This document shows, piece after piece, positions 20,790 through 30,002 of a stretch of 64,000 bases of DNA (within the stretch, counting starts at the first letter, position 1; each line of letters starts with the position of its first letter). The stretch is from contig CAJFNB010000001.1 in the NCBI GenBank assembly GCA_904393845.1, positions 127,623 through 191,622 on the forward strand, in the 5' to 3' direction. Source of the stretch: Candidatus Alloclostridium intestinigallinarum. GTDB lineage: Bacteria > Bacillota > Clostridia > Christensenellales > UBA3700. A program made the position numbers and the translations under genes. Below the pieces are notes generated by a model. The model made no database searches. It saw only the letters and a program-made list of their open reading frames with translations, and was not told the DNA's origin.

Positions 20790-22490
20790 TCACTTGTTGC
20801 GGTCGTCCGGGGGGCTGAAAACAACCTGAACTGTGGTGCCCTCGCCCACCTTGCTTCGGATATTCAGTTTTGCGCCGTAAAGGTTGCACACATGCTTAAC
20901 TATGGCAAGCCCCAGACCCGTGCCGCCCGTCTTTTTGGAACGGCTTTTATCCACGCGGTAAAAGCGTTCGCATACCTTGGGAAGGTGTTCTTCCGGAATA
21001 CCTATGCCCGTATCGGAAACCGTGAGTATTACCTGTCCGCCGTCGGTGCGGATATCCATATCCACCTTTCCTCCGGGCACGTTGTAGTGCACGGCGTTGC
21101 TGCAAAGATTGCCCACTATCTCGTATATGTTGCGGTAGTCCGCGCGCACGTGTCCGCTGCCCGAAACGTTTATCGTAACGTCCCTTTCTTCCGCCTGGTG
21201 CGAGTATTCCTGCCTGACTTCCGCCGCCACCGCGCCCAGGTCGATATCCTCTTCGCGGCGTTCCGCCCTGCCGCTTTCCAGGTCGCTTATGTAAAGCATA
21301 TCCTGCACGAGAAAACTCAGGCGCTTGCTCTCTTTGTATATGCGTTCAAGCTGCTTTTTCTGCCCTTCGTCGCCCGCTTTGGCAAGCAGAATTTCCGTCA
21401 GTCCCTGCATGGTCGTGAGCGGCGTTTTCAGCTCGTGCGAAGCGTTTGCGAAAAATTCGCTCTTCTGCCTTATGGCGGCCTTTTCCTTGGTAAGGTCCGC
21501 CACCAGCACGATGTGCTCTATCTCCCCGCTTTCGTCGTCCGTCTTGAAGCTGTACACCTTGAAATTCAGATCCTTTCCGCGCAGACGGTAGGAAAATTCG
21601 CCGTCCTCGCCGCGCATAAGCGCGTTGTGCATAAGCGTTTTAAGTTCCTCGTCCTTGGTGAGATAGGAAAAATGCCTGCCCATTATGTCGTCTTTCACTT
21701 TGAAAATCTTACAGACGGGCTTGTTGTAAAGCACTATTTCGTTGTGCGATGAAAACGCCATCATGCCCTGGGATATGTTGTTTATGACGAAATCCAACTT
21801 GGACTGCTCGCGCCTTAAATCGGCAAGCGAGCCTCCCAGCCCCGCCACGAGCGCGTCTATCTCCTCCGCTATCTCCGCAAATTCGTCCCCGCCCGCCGCG
21901 GACGTGCCGGGCGTTGCGAGCGTAAGCGCGTGCAAGCGGTTGTTTATCTCACCCAGGCGCGCGGATATGCTGCCCGACATTCTGCGCGCGAATACCGCCG
22001 ACACCGCTATACCCACCGCAGCGGCGAGAACGAGCGCGCCCACCGCCGCGCCGATATACGGACCTATGTCGCTCCTTCTTTCGCAAAGGCGCAGAACGTA
22101 GGTATTTCCGCCCGCGGTAAATTTTTCCGCATAATAATAAGCGTGCGCCCCCATGGTCTGCGAATAGCGGCCGACCACCTCTGGCTCGCCGTTCATGGCG
22201 GCGATTATCTCTTCCCTGTCGCCGTGGTTGTCCGTCGCCCCGTAGCTGTCGTACACCACGTTGCCGTCCGCGTCCACCAGCGTCACCCGCGTATCGTCTA
22301 TCGCCGCAAGCACGGAAGACGGGTCTTCCGCCGACTGCAAAGCGGCTGTGAGCAGGTGCGTTTTATCCTTTATATCGTCAGACTCCGTCTCGTCGTAAAG
22401 CCAGAAAACGACTCCTAGGGCGACTGCAAACACTATTACCGCCGTTATCAGCGATATAAGCACGCATCTTAAGGTAAGTTTTCTTCTCAT
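20790..22490 (-). CDS. phoR: Sensor histidine kinase (PhoR-like)
   Basis: N-terminal TM, H-box SHELKTPLT and G-box GGTGLGLAIVKH. Last gene of the pst-pho cluster. Confidence 0.8.
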   Translation of the reverse strand: MRRKLTLRCVLISLITAVIVFAVALGVVFWLYDETESDDIKDKTHLLTAALQSAEDPSSVLAAIDDTRVTLVDADGNVVYDSYGATDNHGDREEIIAAMNGEPEVVGRYSQTMGAHAYYYAEKFTAGGNTYVLRLCERRSDIGPYIGAAVGALVLAAAVGIAVSAVFARRMSGSISARLGEINNRLHALTLATPGTSAAGGDEFAEIAEEIDALVAGLGGSLADLRREQSKLDFVINNISQGMMAFSSHNEIVLYNKPVCKIFKVKDDIMGRHFSYLTKDEELKTLMHNALMRGEDGEFSYRLRGKDLNFKVYSFKTDDESGEIEHIVLVADLTKEKAAIRQKSEFFANASHELKTPLTTMQGLTEILLAKAGDEGQKKQLERIYKESKRLSFLVQDMLYISDLESGRAERREEDIDLGAVAAEVRQEYSHQAEERDVTINVSGSGHVRADYRNIYEIVGNLCSNAVHYNVPGGKVDMDIRTDGGQVILTVSDTGIGIPEEHLPKVCERFYRVDKSRSKKTGGTGLGLAIVKHVCNLYGAKLNIRSKVGEGTTVQVVFSPPDDRNK

Positions 22491-23152
22491 CAGTCCACCC
22501 TGTACCCGACGCCGCGCACGGTCACTATTACGTTATCTCCGCCGGCAGCCTTTATCTTGTCGCGTATTTGCGCGATATGCATATCCAGCGCGCGCGTTTC
22601 GCCCATAAAGTCCTCTCCCCACACGGTTTTGAATATCTCGTCGCGCGTGAGCGTTTCCCCGGCGCGCTCTATGAGCAGTTTCAGAAGTTTGAATTCCTTT
22701 ACCGTAAGTCCCAGCTTCTGTCCGCGGTAGCTTATGTCGTAAAGTTTTTCGTTTACGGAAAAATCGTTGTGGCGGCGTACGTACAGATTGGCGCGCCTGA
22801 GTCCCGCCTTCACCCTGGCGAGCAGTTCCATAATGGAAAAGGGCTTGGAAACGTAATCGTCCGCGCCCTTGTTCAGACCCTTTACAAAACTTATCTCGTC
22901 GCTTTTCGCCGAAACTATTATCACGGGCAGCCGCTCGTCCTTCTCCCTCAGCCGGGTCAGAATCGTATACCCGTCTATGTCGGGAAGCATGATGTCGATT
23001 ATCGCAAGCGAAGGGCGCTTTTCCTCGAACGCCCTGAAAAAGGAAGCTCCGTCGCCGAAGATGCGCACGTCGTATACGCCTTCGAACGCGCCCTCGTACA
23101 CTTCCTGTATGCCTTCGTCGTCTTCTACAATGTAAATCAGTGCCTTATCCAT
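22490..23152 (-). CDS. phoP: OmpR/PhoB-family response regulator
   Basis: Receiver domain (IYIVEDDE...DIMLPDIDG) plus winged-helix C-terminus (TVRGVGYRV). Start taken at MDKALIY. Confidence 0.85.
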   Translation of the reverse strand: MDKALIYIVEDDEGIQEVYEGAFEGVYDVRIFGDGASFFRAFEEKRPSLAIIDIMLPDIDGYTILTRLREKDERLPVIIVSAKSDEISFVKGLNKGADDYVSKPFSIMELLARVKAGLRRANLYVRRHNDFSVNEKLYDISYRGQKLGLTVKEFKLLKLLIERAGETLTRDEIFKTVWGEDFMGETRALDMHIAQIRDKIKAAGGDNVIVTVRGVGYRVD

Positions 23153-23200
23153 ATTCCACCCGATAGAATTATACCACTTTGACGCGGCGCATGGCAAGCG

Positions 23201-24028
23201 TCAGCCGAACCTGCCTTCTATATATCTTCTGGTTTCTTCTTTCTGCGGCCGCCCGAATATGTCCGCGGTATCGCCGTATTCCACCAGCTCGCCCAGCAGG
23301 AAAAAGCCCGTCTTGTCGGAAATGCGCGCCGCCTGCTGCATATTATGCGTGACGATTACCACGGTGGTGTACTCCTTCATACTCCCGATAAGTTCTTCTA
23401 TCTTAGCCGTGGAAATGGGGTCGAGAGCCGAAGTCGGCTCGTCCATGAGTATGATTCCCGGAGACGTGGCAAGGGCGCGGGCTATGCACAGCCTCTGCTG
23501 CTGTCCGCCCGAAAGTCCCAGCGCGGATTTGCCCAGTCTGTCTTTAAGTTCGTCCCACATCGCCGCCTGCCTGAGCGAACGCTCGACTATTCCGTCCAGT
23601 TCCGACCGCTTTTTGACGCCGAAGGTGCGCGGTCCGTACGCCACATTGTCATATACGCTCATGGGAAAGGGGTTTGGCTTCTGGAACACCATGCCCACGC
23701 GCTTTCTCAGTCCCGTTACGTCCCTGCTCTTGTAAATATCCTCTCCGCCGACGAGAAATTCGCCCTCTATCCGGCACGAAGGAACCAGGTCGTTCATGCG
23801 GTTGAAGCACTTCAGAAGCGTGGTCTTGCCGCAGCCGGAAGGACCGATGAACGCCGTTACGCGCTCGGGCGGTATCTCTATGTCTATCCCCTTCAAGGCG
23901 TGGAACTCGCCGTAGTATAAATTGGCGTTCTTAACCTTTATATCTTTGGAAAAAAGCCTCTCTTCACCCGTTTTCTTTTGCCTGTTCAAGGACTTTTTTT
24001 CTGTTTCTTTTACTCTTTTTGTCAGCAT
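23201..24028 (-). CDS. pstB: Phosphate ABC transporter ATP-binding protein
   Basis: Walker [10 protein letters not shown], signature LSGGQQQRL, Walker [12 protein letters not shown], and the PstB-type [13 protein letters not shown]. The start is uncertain and overlaps the pstCA 3' end. Confidence 0.9.
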   Translation of the reverse strand: MLTKRVKETEKKSLNRQKKTGEERLFSKDIKVKNANLYYGEFHALKGIDIEIPPERVTAFIGPSGCGKTTLLKCFNRMNDLVPSCRIEGEFLVGGEDIYKSRDVTGLRKRVGMVFQKPNPFPMSVYDNVAYGPRTFGVKKRSELDGIVERSLRQAAMWDELKDRLGKSALGLSGGQQQRLCIARALATSPGIILMDEPTSALDPISTAKIEELIGSMKEYTTVVIVTHNMQQAARISDKTGFFLLGELVEYGDTADIFGRPQKEETRRYIEGRFG

Positions 24029-25790
24029 TTTTCTCTCCTTGGAATTTTCTTTGCAAAGCTCTCCCCGCAACTTCCGCCGCAATATTGAGCAGCAGAACTA
24101 TCAGCATGAGCACGCACGCGCAGGCGTACGCCTCGTCGGTATATAAATTTTCTCCGGAAAGGTAGTACAGCAGTACCGCAAGCGTCGTTCCGCCGCTCAT
24201 CGCGCCTTCCGGCATGGGCTGGATGCTTGAACCCATGGTGAACATAAAAGGCGCGGATTCGCTCATCACCCTGCCTACGGAAAGTATGGCGGCGGCTATT
24301 ATGCCCGGCATTGCGGAAGGCAGTACCACGGTGAATACCGTGCGCAGTTTGCCCGCGCCCAGCGCAAGCGCGCCTTCCCTCAGGCTCATCGGCACGGCGC
24401 GGAGACTTTCTTCCGTGGCTCTTATCACCGTGGGCAGAAGCATTACCGATATGGTAAGACTGCCCGCGGCAATGGAATAGTTTCCGCCCAGCAGGGTCAC
24501 GAACGTTACCGCCCCGAACAGTCCGTAAACTATCGAAGGCACGCCGGAAAGCACGTCTATCGCGCCGCGGATAATCCTTACGAGCGGATTCCTGCTGCCG
24601 GCGTACTCGCTTAAAAATATCGCCGCGCATATGCCCAGCGGCAGGGCTATCACCAGCGATATGCCCACCGTCATAAGCGTTGCCGCGACCGATGGCAGAA
24701 TGCTTATCTCTCCGCCGTACTCATACGAACCGAAAAGCAGCTGCCCCGAAAGATGGGGCAGACCCATCACAAGCAGATAGATGATAAGCGCCGCCAGAAA
24801 AGCCAGCGCAAACGCCGCGCTTACAAAGCTGAACGCCTTGCCCGCAAAGCAGATTTTTCTGCCGTTGAACAGGGAAAAACTTAACTTTTTTCCGCCCCTG
24901 CCCTTACTTTTCTTATCAGAAGTGACGAGCGAAAGCAGGATAACCGTTATCGCGACGAACACGAGCAGCACTCCGCCGGTAGCAAACAGCGCGCCCATCT
25001 GCATCTCGCCCGCGTATCCCATTTCCAGCACTATATTGGCGGTCATCGTGCGGAAGGAAGAAAACAGCCCTTCGGGGAACTGCGGCGAGTTGCCCGCCAC
25101 CATGACCACCGCCATGGTTTCGCCGAGCGCCCTGCCCACGCCCAATATCATAGCCGCCGTAATGCCCGACTTTGCCGCGGGGACGACCGTGCGGAACACC
25201 GCCTGGTCGCGCGTACCGCCCAACGCGAGCGCGCCTTCGTAGTACGCCTGCGGCACCGCTTCGAGCGCGGTTTTGGAAAGCGACGCCACCGTGGGGAAAA
25301 TCATCATGCCCAAAATAACGGAAGTAAGCAGAAGTCCGCTCGAATTGCCGTTGGGCGAAAGCATGTTGAAAAGGGGCATTAATACCTTTATTCCGAAAAA
25401 TCCGAATATTACCGAAGGTACGCCCGCAAGCAGATTGATTACGGACGTGAACACCGTCTTCACCTTGCCCCTGCAATAGTATGAGAGGAATACCGCCGTA
25501 AAAAAGCCCAGCGTGCCGCCCACCAAAAGCGCGCATACCGTGGCAACAAGCGTTCCCACCAGCATGGGCAATATGCCGTAACTTCCCGCAAGCGGCTGAC
25601 CGTACACGTCGTTTGCGTCGGGCGCCCATTCCGTTCCGAATAAGAAGTTACCCAAACCCGTTTCCGCAAGCGCGGGAATAGATTTCATTATTATAAAAAC
25701 GAAGATTGCCGCGGCTGCGGCTATGCACAGCGCGGCTGTTGCGGCAAATACTACTTTGCCGCACGCTTCTTTTATTGAACTTTTTCCCAT
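23964..25790 (-). CDS. pstCA: Fused phosphate ABC transporter permease PstC-PstA
   Basis: 608 aa with two permease halves. Each half carries an EAA-loop-like segment ([12 protein letters not shown] and [12 protein letters not shown]). Confidence 0.85.
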   Translation of the reverse strand: MGKSSIKEACGKVVFAATAALCIAAAAAIFVFIIMKSIPALAETGLGNFLFGTEWAPDANDVYGQPLAGSYGILPMLVGTLVATVCALLVGGTLGFFTAVFLSYYCRGKVKTVFTSVINLLAGVPSVIFGFFGIKVLMPLFNMLSPNGNSSGLLLTSVILGMMIFPTVASLSKTALEAVPQAYYEGALALGGTRDQAVFRTVVPAAKSGITAAMILGVGRALGETMAVVMVAGNSPQFPEGLFSSFRTMTANIVLEMGYAGEMQMGALFATGGVLLVFVAITVILLSLVTSDKKSKGRGGKKLSFSLFNGRKICFAGKAFSFVSAAFALAFLAALIIYLLVMGLPHLSGQLLFGSYEYGGEISILPSVAATLMTVGISLVIALPLGICAAIFLSEYAGSRNPLVRIIRGAIDVLSGVPSIVYGLFGAVTFVTLLGGNYSIAAGSLTISVMLLPTVIRATEESLRAVPMSLREGALALGAGKLRTVFTVVLPSAMPGIIAAAILSVGRVMSESAPFMFTMGSSIQPMPEGAMSGGTTLAVLLYYLSGENLYTDEAYACACVLMLIVLLLNIAAEVAGRALQRKFQGEKNADKKSKRNRKKVLEQAKENG

Positions 25791-25801
25791 AAATTTTTCT
25801 T

Positions 25802-26698
25802 TTATGCCGCCGAAAGAGCGCTGAATTTGACTATCTTGCCCGTGTAAATATCGAACAGCTGCGCAATGGTTATGTCTTCGAGGGTGTTTTCGGGATTGAC
25901 TATCACCGCAATCGCGTCGAGAGCTATTTCAAAATGCGCTATCTCCGCTTCGTCCGCTTCCTTTACCGCGGAAGAGCCAAGACCTATCACGTTGCCCGTC
26001 TTGTCCGCCTTTACCGCCGATATGCCGTGAGAAGTGCCCTGGCAGTTCTTGCTTATCTCAACGCCTGCGACACTCGCGCCGCCTATCTCCTTATACTTGC
26101 CGATAAGCTTATCCATGAGCGGATCTACAGAGGTGGAGCCGCTTATGCTCACCGTGCCGCTCACCGCGGACGCGGGGGCGGTATACTCCGTCGCTCCTTC
26201 GTCCTGTCTGACGTAGCCTTCTTCTTCAACTACGTCCTGCGCCTGGGTGGAGCGGAGAAACGCGAGGAAGTCCTTGGTCGCCGCCGTAAGATTTTCACCC
26301 ATCGCCTTGCTTGTCATAATGACAAACGGACGCTGCATTTTGTAATCTCCGCTGAGCACGTTTTCCGCCGTGGCTTCAACGCCTTCCACTTTGAGGACCT
26401 TGACCGAATCGTCAACCGAGCCGAGGGACACGTAGCCTATACCCGTTTCAGTGGAAGAAACCAGCGAAATAACCGTGGACGTCTTGTCCTGCTCGAGCGC
26501 GCCTTTCATAAGTCCCGCGTCCTTGAGCGCCGTGCCGTCTTCCGACTTCACGATGGATTCGAACGCGTCGCGCGTTCCGCTGCCCGAAGTACGGGCGATG
26601 ACGGCTATATCCTTTTCGCCGCCGCACGCCGCCAGAACGGCGGTAAGCGCTATCACAAGCGCAATCATGACAAAAATAACTTTTTTCGATGTCTTCAT
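25802..26698 (-). CDS. pstS: Phosphate-binding lipoprotein
   Basis: Lipobox LAACGG; SGSGT and GSSAV motifs of PstS/PBP-like 2. First gene of the pst operon. Confidence 0.85.
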   Translation of the reverse strand: MKTSKKVIFVMIALVIALTAVLAACGGEKDIAVIARTSGSGTRDAFESIVKSEDGTALKDAGLMKGALEQDKTSTVISLVSSTETGIGYVSLGSVDDSVKVLKVEGVEATAENVLSGDYKMQRPFVIMTSKAMGENLTAATKDFLAFLRSTQAQDVVEEEGYVRQDEGATEYTAPASAVSGTVSISGSTSVDPLMDKLIGKYKEIGGASVAGVEISKNCQGTSHGISAVKADKTGNVIGLGSSAVKEADEAEIAHFEIALDAIAVIVNPENTLEDITIAQLFDIYTGKIVKFSALSAA

Positions 26699-26790
26699 AT
26701 TGACCTCCTGTTTACTGTCAAGTTCATTCTAACCCCAGCAAAACAAACCTTGCTATCACAGAAGGTAACCAATTTGTAAGTTTTCTGTCA

Positions 26791-27100
26791 GGGAGCGTGG
26801 GACGCTCCACCCCTGTTATACCTTGAAGATAGTTTTGCTGAAAAGCGAGCCGACTTCTTCGCAATGCTTGGCTTGATATGATAGATAAAAGGCGAGCCGG
26901 GAGCGTGGGACGCTCCACCCCTGTTATACCTTGAAGATAGTTTTGCTGAAAAGCGAGCCGACTTCTTCGCAATACTCTGCTTTATATGGTAAATTAAAGG
27001 CGTGCCGGGAGCGTGGGACGCTCCGCCCCCTGTTATACCTTGAAAATAATTTGACTGATATGCGAGATAACTTCTTCGCAATACCCTACAATATAGAAGT
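26791..27100 (+). repeat. Tandem repeat, three units of 108 bp
   Basis: Units begin gggagcgtgggacgctcc at 26791, 26899 and 27007. Units 1 and 2 are nearly identical; unit 3 diverges after cttcttcgcaataccc. Confidence 0.9.
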
Positions 27101-27942
27101 GGATAAATAAATTAAATGATATAAAGAACAAACACACTCTCTCCCGGCTTACCATACATAATGAATAAATAATGATAAGGAAAAACTGCCTCTTCCACGC
27201 CTTGGGAAACGAAATAAGCGGCAAAGCGCTCTCTCATATTATATACGGTAGACAATATTATGCGGCGGTAATTTTATCCGTTTTCAAGACAAACTTTCCG
27301 TCCGCCGTTACTATAATAACTTTATCTAAAATTTTTTGCCTGAAAATTTGCGATGCCGCGTTGCAAAAAAAACTTTTATTCCGGCAGTAAAATCCTGGGG
27401 AATTTTCCCCGCGGATTTTACTTTTTTTCGGGACAAACTTACCCCCCCCCATAACTTTTTATTTAATTTAACTAAAATTTTTGAATCTTGTACTTAAAAT
27501 CGCTTGACTTAATGATTCCCTTGTTGTAACATAATGGCGAATTTCGGGGATAATGTGGCAAAAATATAGGAGTCGTTCATCGGTTCGTATATTTTTTGCC
27601 CTTATATGCGGATAAATAGCAGAAAAAAGGCTATTTCCGCAGCGCGGATATTTCGGGGACTTCCTGACTTCGAAGTCGTTCCGCCCGAAAAATAAGCTCC
27701 GTCCGCGGACGGATATAAAGCACGAAAACGCATTCGACTTTACTTTTTCGCACGGCTATGCTTTAAGCCGACAGAAAATTGTAAAGCGGTACGTCCGTCT
27801 TTTTTTCAAAACGGTGTCGGATTACTTTCCGCGAAGAAAAAGACTGACTGTTAAAATATAACTTATATATAGCGTTGATAATACGCGCGCACGGAAAATC
27901 CGCCGCGTGCCATCGGACGGGTCGGCGCAACAGATAAGGACT

Positions 27943-28413
27943 ATGAGTAAAAAGCAAATCGCAATATTGATAATCGCAGTAGCGGTCGCGGTGGCGGCGG
28001 CTTCCGTAGGCACGGCTTACGTGGTCGTAACGGGCAATTCGGAACTGGCTTTGGACGGAGCGGGCGACGAATTCACCGCCTCCGCCCGCATAGACGGCTT
28101 ACTGCCCGGACAGTCTTCAACGTCGGAATATAAGGCGCACGCTCCCGCGGACGCCGTGTTCACGATACTGCTTTTGGGCGGAGCGGGCGACGATTTGGGA
28201 AGATACCTGGACGTGACGGTAAGCGTAAACGGAAACGCGCTTTACAGCGGCAATTATCTTTCGTGCCGCGGCGTCATATTCACGGCGGACGTAAGCGGCG
28301 ACTTTACTTTTTCAATAACCTATTCCCTGCCGCAAAGCGTGGGAAACAGCGCTCAGGGCAAGGAATGTTCCGTAACGGCGCGCTGCACTCTGCACGAAAA
28401 AACGAGCGGCTGA
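27943..28413 (+). CDS. Small secreted/anchored protein, possibly a TasA/camelysin-like beta-sandwich
   Basis: 156 aa. N-terminal hydrophobic segment IAILIIAVAVAVAAASVG and a LLPGQSSTSEY motif placed like the PGD motif of TasA-type proteins. First gene of the locus. Confidence 0.5.
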   Translation: MSKKQIAILIIAVAVAVAAASVGTAYVVVTGNSELALDGAGDEFTASARIDGLLPGQSSTSEYKAHAPADAVFTILLLGGAGDDLGRYLDVTVSVNGNALYSGNYLSCRGVIFTADVSGDFTFSITYSLPQSVGNSAQGKECSVTARCTLHEKTSG

Positions 28414-28427
28414 GATAAAAAACGGCA

Positions 28428-29123
28428 ATGGATAAGACTAAAACAAAAAAAGTGTGGAACGTGGTTTCCTCAATAATAGTGGGCGTAGTACTTGTTGCGG
28501 CGGTATGCGCGCTGGGCGTGGCGATAGGCTACCGCGCCCAGGGGCAGACGCTTACCGTCGGCGGCAGCCAGCTGCGCCTTGTGCTCACGGGGTCGATGGA
28601 AGGCTCCGAAGAAGATTCCATACGCACGAATTCGGTTATTACGGTAAAGACCGTGCCCGAAGACGCCGGGCAGGCGCGCGAATTTATAGATTCGCTGGAA
28701 GTCGGCGACATAATCACCTTTTACGATACGTCCCTCGGCGCAAGCGCTCTCGTGGTAACTCACCGAATAGTCGGCATAACCGATAACGGAAACGGAGGAG
28801 TGAGCTTTACCACAAAAGGCGACGCGAACGATTCTCCCGATCCGTCCCCCGTCGACGAAAGCGACGTTATAGGGGTGGTGACCGGTTCCAATTATCCGTT
28901 GGGGGCGTTCCTGACTTTTCTCACGTCCGCCACGGGAATAGTGGTGTGCCTGATTATCCCTGCCGCAATTATCATGATATACGAAATTTTCCGCATCGCC
29001 TTTTTGGTACGCAAAGACAAAAAAGACAAGCGGAAGTCCGAATTGGACGAAAAGGAACAGGAAATAGAACGCCTGCGCCGCGAATTGGAAGAAATGAAGA
29101 AAAGAGGTGAAGACAATGACTGA
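28428..29123 (+). CDS. sipW: Signal peptidase I, archaeal/ER type (SipW-like), with extra C-terminal TM and charged tail
   Basis: N-terminal TM; LTGSMEGS (catalytic Ser), VTHRIVGI (His) and TKGDANDSPD. The C-terminal TM is followed by RKDKKDKRKSELDEKEQEIERLRRELEEMKKRGEDND. Confidence 0.85.
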   Translation: MDKTKTKKVWNVVSSIIVGVVLVAAVCALGVAIGYRAQGQTLTVGGSQLRLVLTGSMEGSEEDSIRTNSVITVKTVPEDAGQAREFIDSLEVGDIITFYDTSLGASALVVTHRIVGITDNGNGGVSFTTKGDANDSPDPSPVDESDVIGVVTGSNYPLGAFLTFLTSATGIVVCLIIPAAIIMIYEIFRIAFLVRKDKKDKRKSELDEKEQEIERLRRELEEMKKRGEDND

Positions 29124-29958
29124 GTCCTTGTTTATCGCATGTATGGCGATCGTCGTATGTATAGCCGTACTGCTCATCATATGGCTGATATTCGCCGCCG
29201 TACGCAAAGCAACGCACGGTGGGAAAACGATTACCGTGGACGGCGCGGAATATATGCTCGTCCCGGTAGGCGAAAATCCCGAAAAATACAGACGGCGGGA
29301 ACAGCGCCGCAACGCCGCGGCGGAAACCGGGCACGTTTCGCAGATAACGGAATCGCCCGTATATCCCGCAAACGCCCGCGGAGAGGCTCTTCCCGCCGCG
29401 GAAAACGCCCGTTCGGAAGTTGCGGCAACCGTTGAAGAAAGCACGCGGCAGGAAGAGACGGCAGCTCCCGCGGAAAGCGCGGCTTCTCCGCTGACGCGTG
29501 AAGGAGAGATCACTCTCCGCCGCAGCGCCGCCGTACCATACGAAGAAGCGTACGCCGCCCTTTCTCCCGAAGAAAAGGGGTACGTGGACGATATCCTGTC
29601 CCACGCGATGACCAAGGAAGGCGCGAAGCAGGTCGTCAACGAACACGCCGCCTGCGTTTACTTCGGTAAAAAACAGCTCGTGCGCATACTCCTGCGCCGC
29701 GGCAGGATCACGGCGCGTATGCAGGTGCAGAACAACGCGCTTGCAAGTTACGCCGACGACAACAACTTCAACCTGCGCGAAAAGCCCGTGGACGTACGCG
29801 TGGAAAGCGCCGAAACAGCCGGCTACGTCAAAGGCGTCATAGACATCAACTATTCCGCATTCAAAGAAGAACGCGGGAAGAAAGAGGCGCGCCAAAAGGA
29901 AGAACGGCGCATAAAGCGTATGCAAAAACGCGGACAGACGCCGCAGGACAACGGTTAA
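29116..29958 (+). CDS. Hypothetical single-pass membrane protein of the SipW locus
   Basis: N-terminal TM IACMAIVVCIAVLLIIWLIF, a long low-complexity linker, a ~110-aa C-terminal domain and a basic tail. ATG at 29116 follows an AGAGG RBS; overlaps the sipW end. Confidence 0.6.
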   Translation: MTESLFIACMAIVVCIAVLLIIWLIFAAVRKATHGGKTITVDGAEYMLVPVGENPEKYRRREQRRNAAAETGHVSQITESPVYPANARGEALPAAENARSEVAATVEESTRQEETAAPAESAASPLTREGEITLRRSAAVPYEEAYAALSPEEKGYVDDILSHAMTKEGAKQVVNEHAACVYFGKKQLVRILLRRGRITARMQVQNNALASYADDNNFNLREKPVDVRVESAETAGYVKGVIDINYSAFKEERGKKEARQKEERRIKRMQKRGQTPQDNG

Positions 29959-30002
29959 TTTTTAATGCCGCGGGCAGGCGTCCGCGGCAAAGGAGATAAA
30001 AA

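Noticed and set aside
20600-20824. 74-aa minus-strand ORF in the GH18/phoR intergenic region
   Set aside because: It overlaps the phoR 3' end, has no RBS and has a low-complexity Arg/Ser/Leu translation. The region looks like terminator and repeat DNA.
26724-27081. ORFs 26724..26972 and 26788..27081 (minus strand) encoding internally repeated peptides
   Set aside because: They are read-through of the tandem DNA repeat. They have no RBS, and their composition and repetition are explained by the repeat itself.
26791-27100. Possible CRISPR array, given regularly spaced repeats with a hairpin
   Set aside because: The whole 108-bp period is repeated, so there are no unique spacers. There are only three units, no cas genes are nearby, and the repeat modules occur singly elsewhere.
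27540-27942. c-di-GMP (GEMM-type) or other riboswitch in the long leader of the fibre locus
   Set aside because: I could not recognise the conserved GEMM-I/II cores or any other riboswitch signature by eye. It is kept only as something to test with covariance models.
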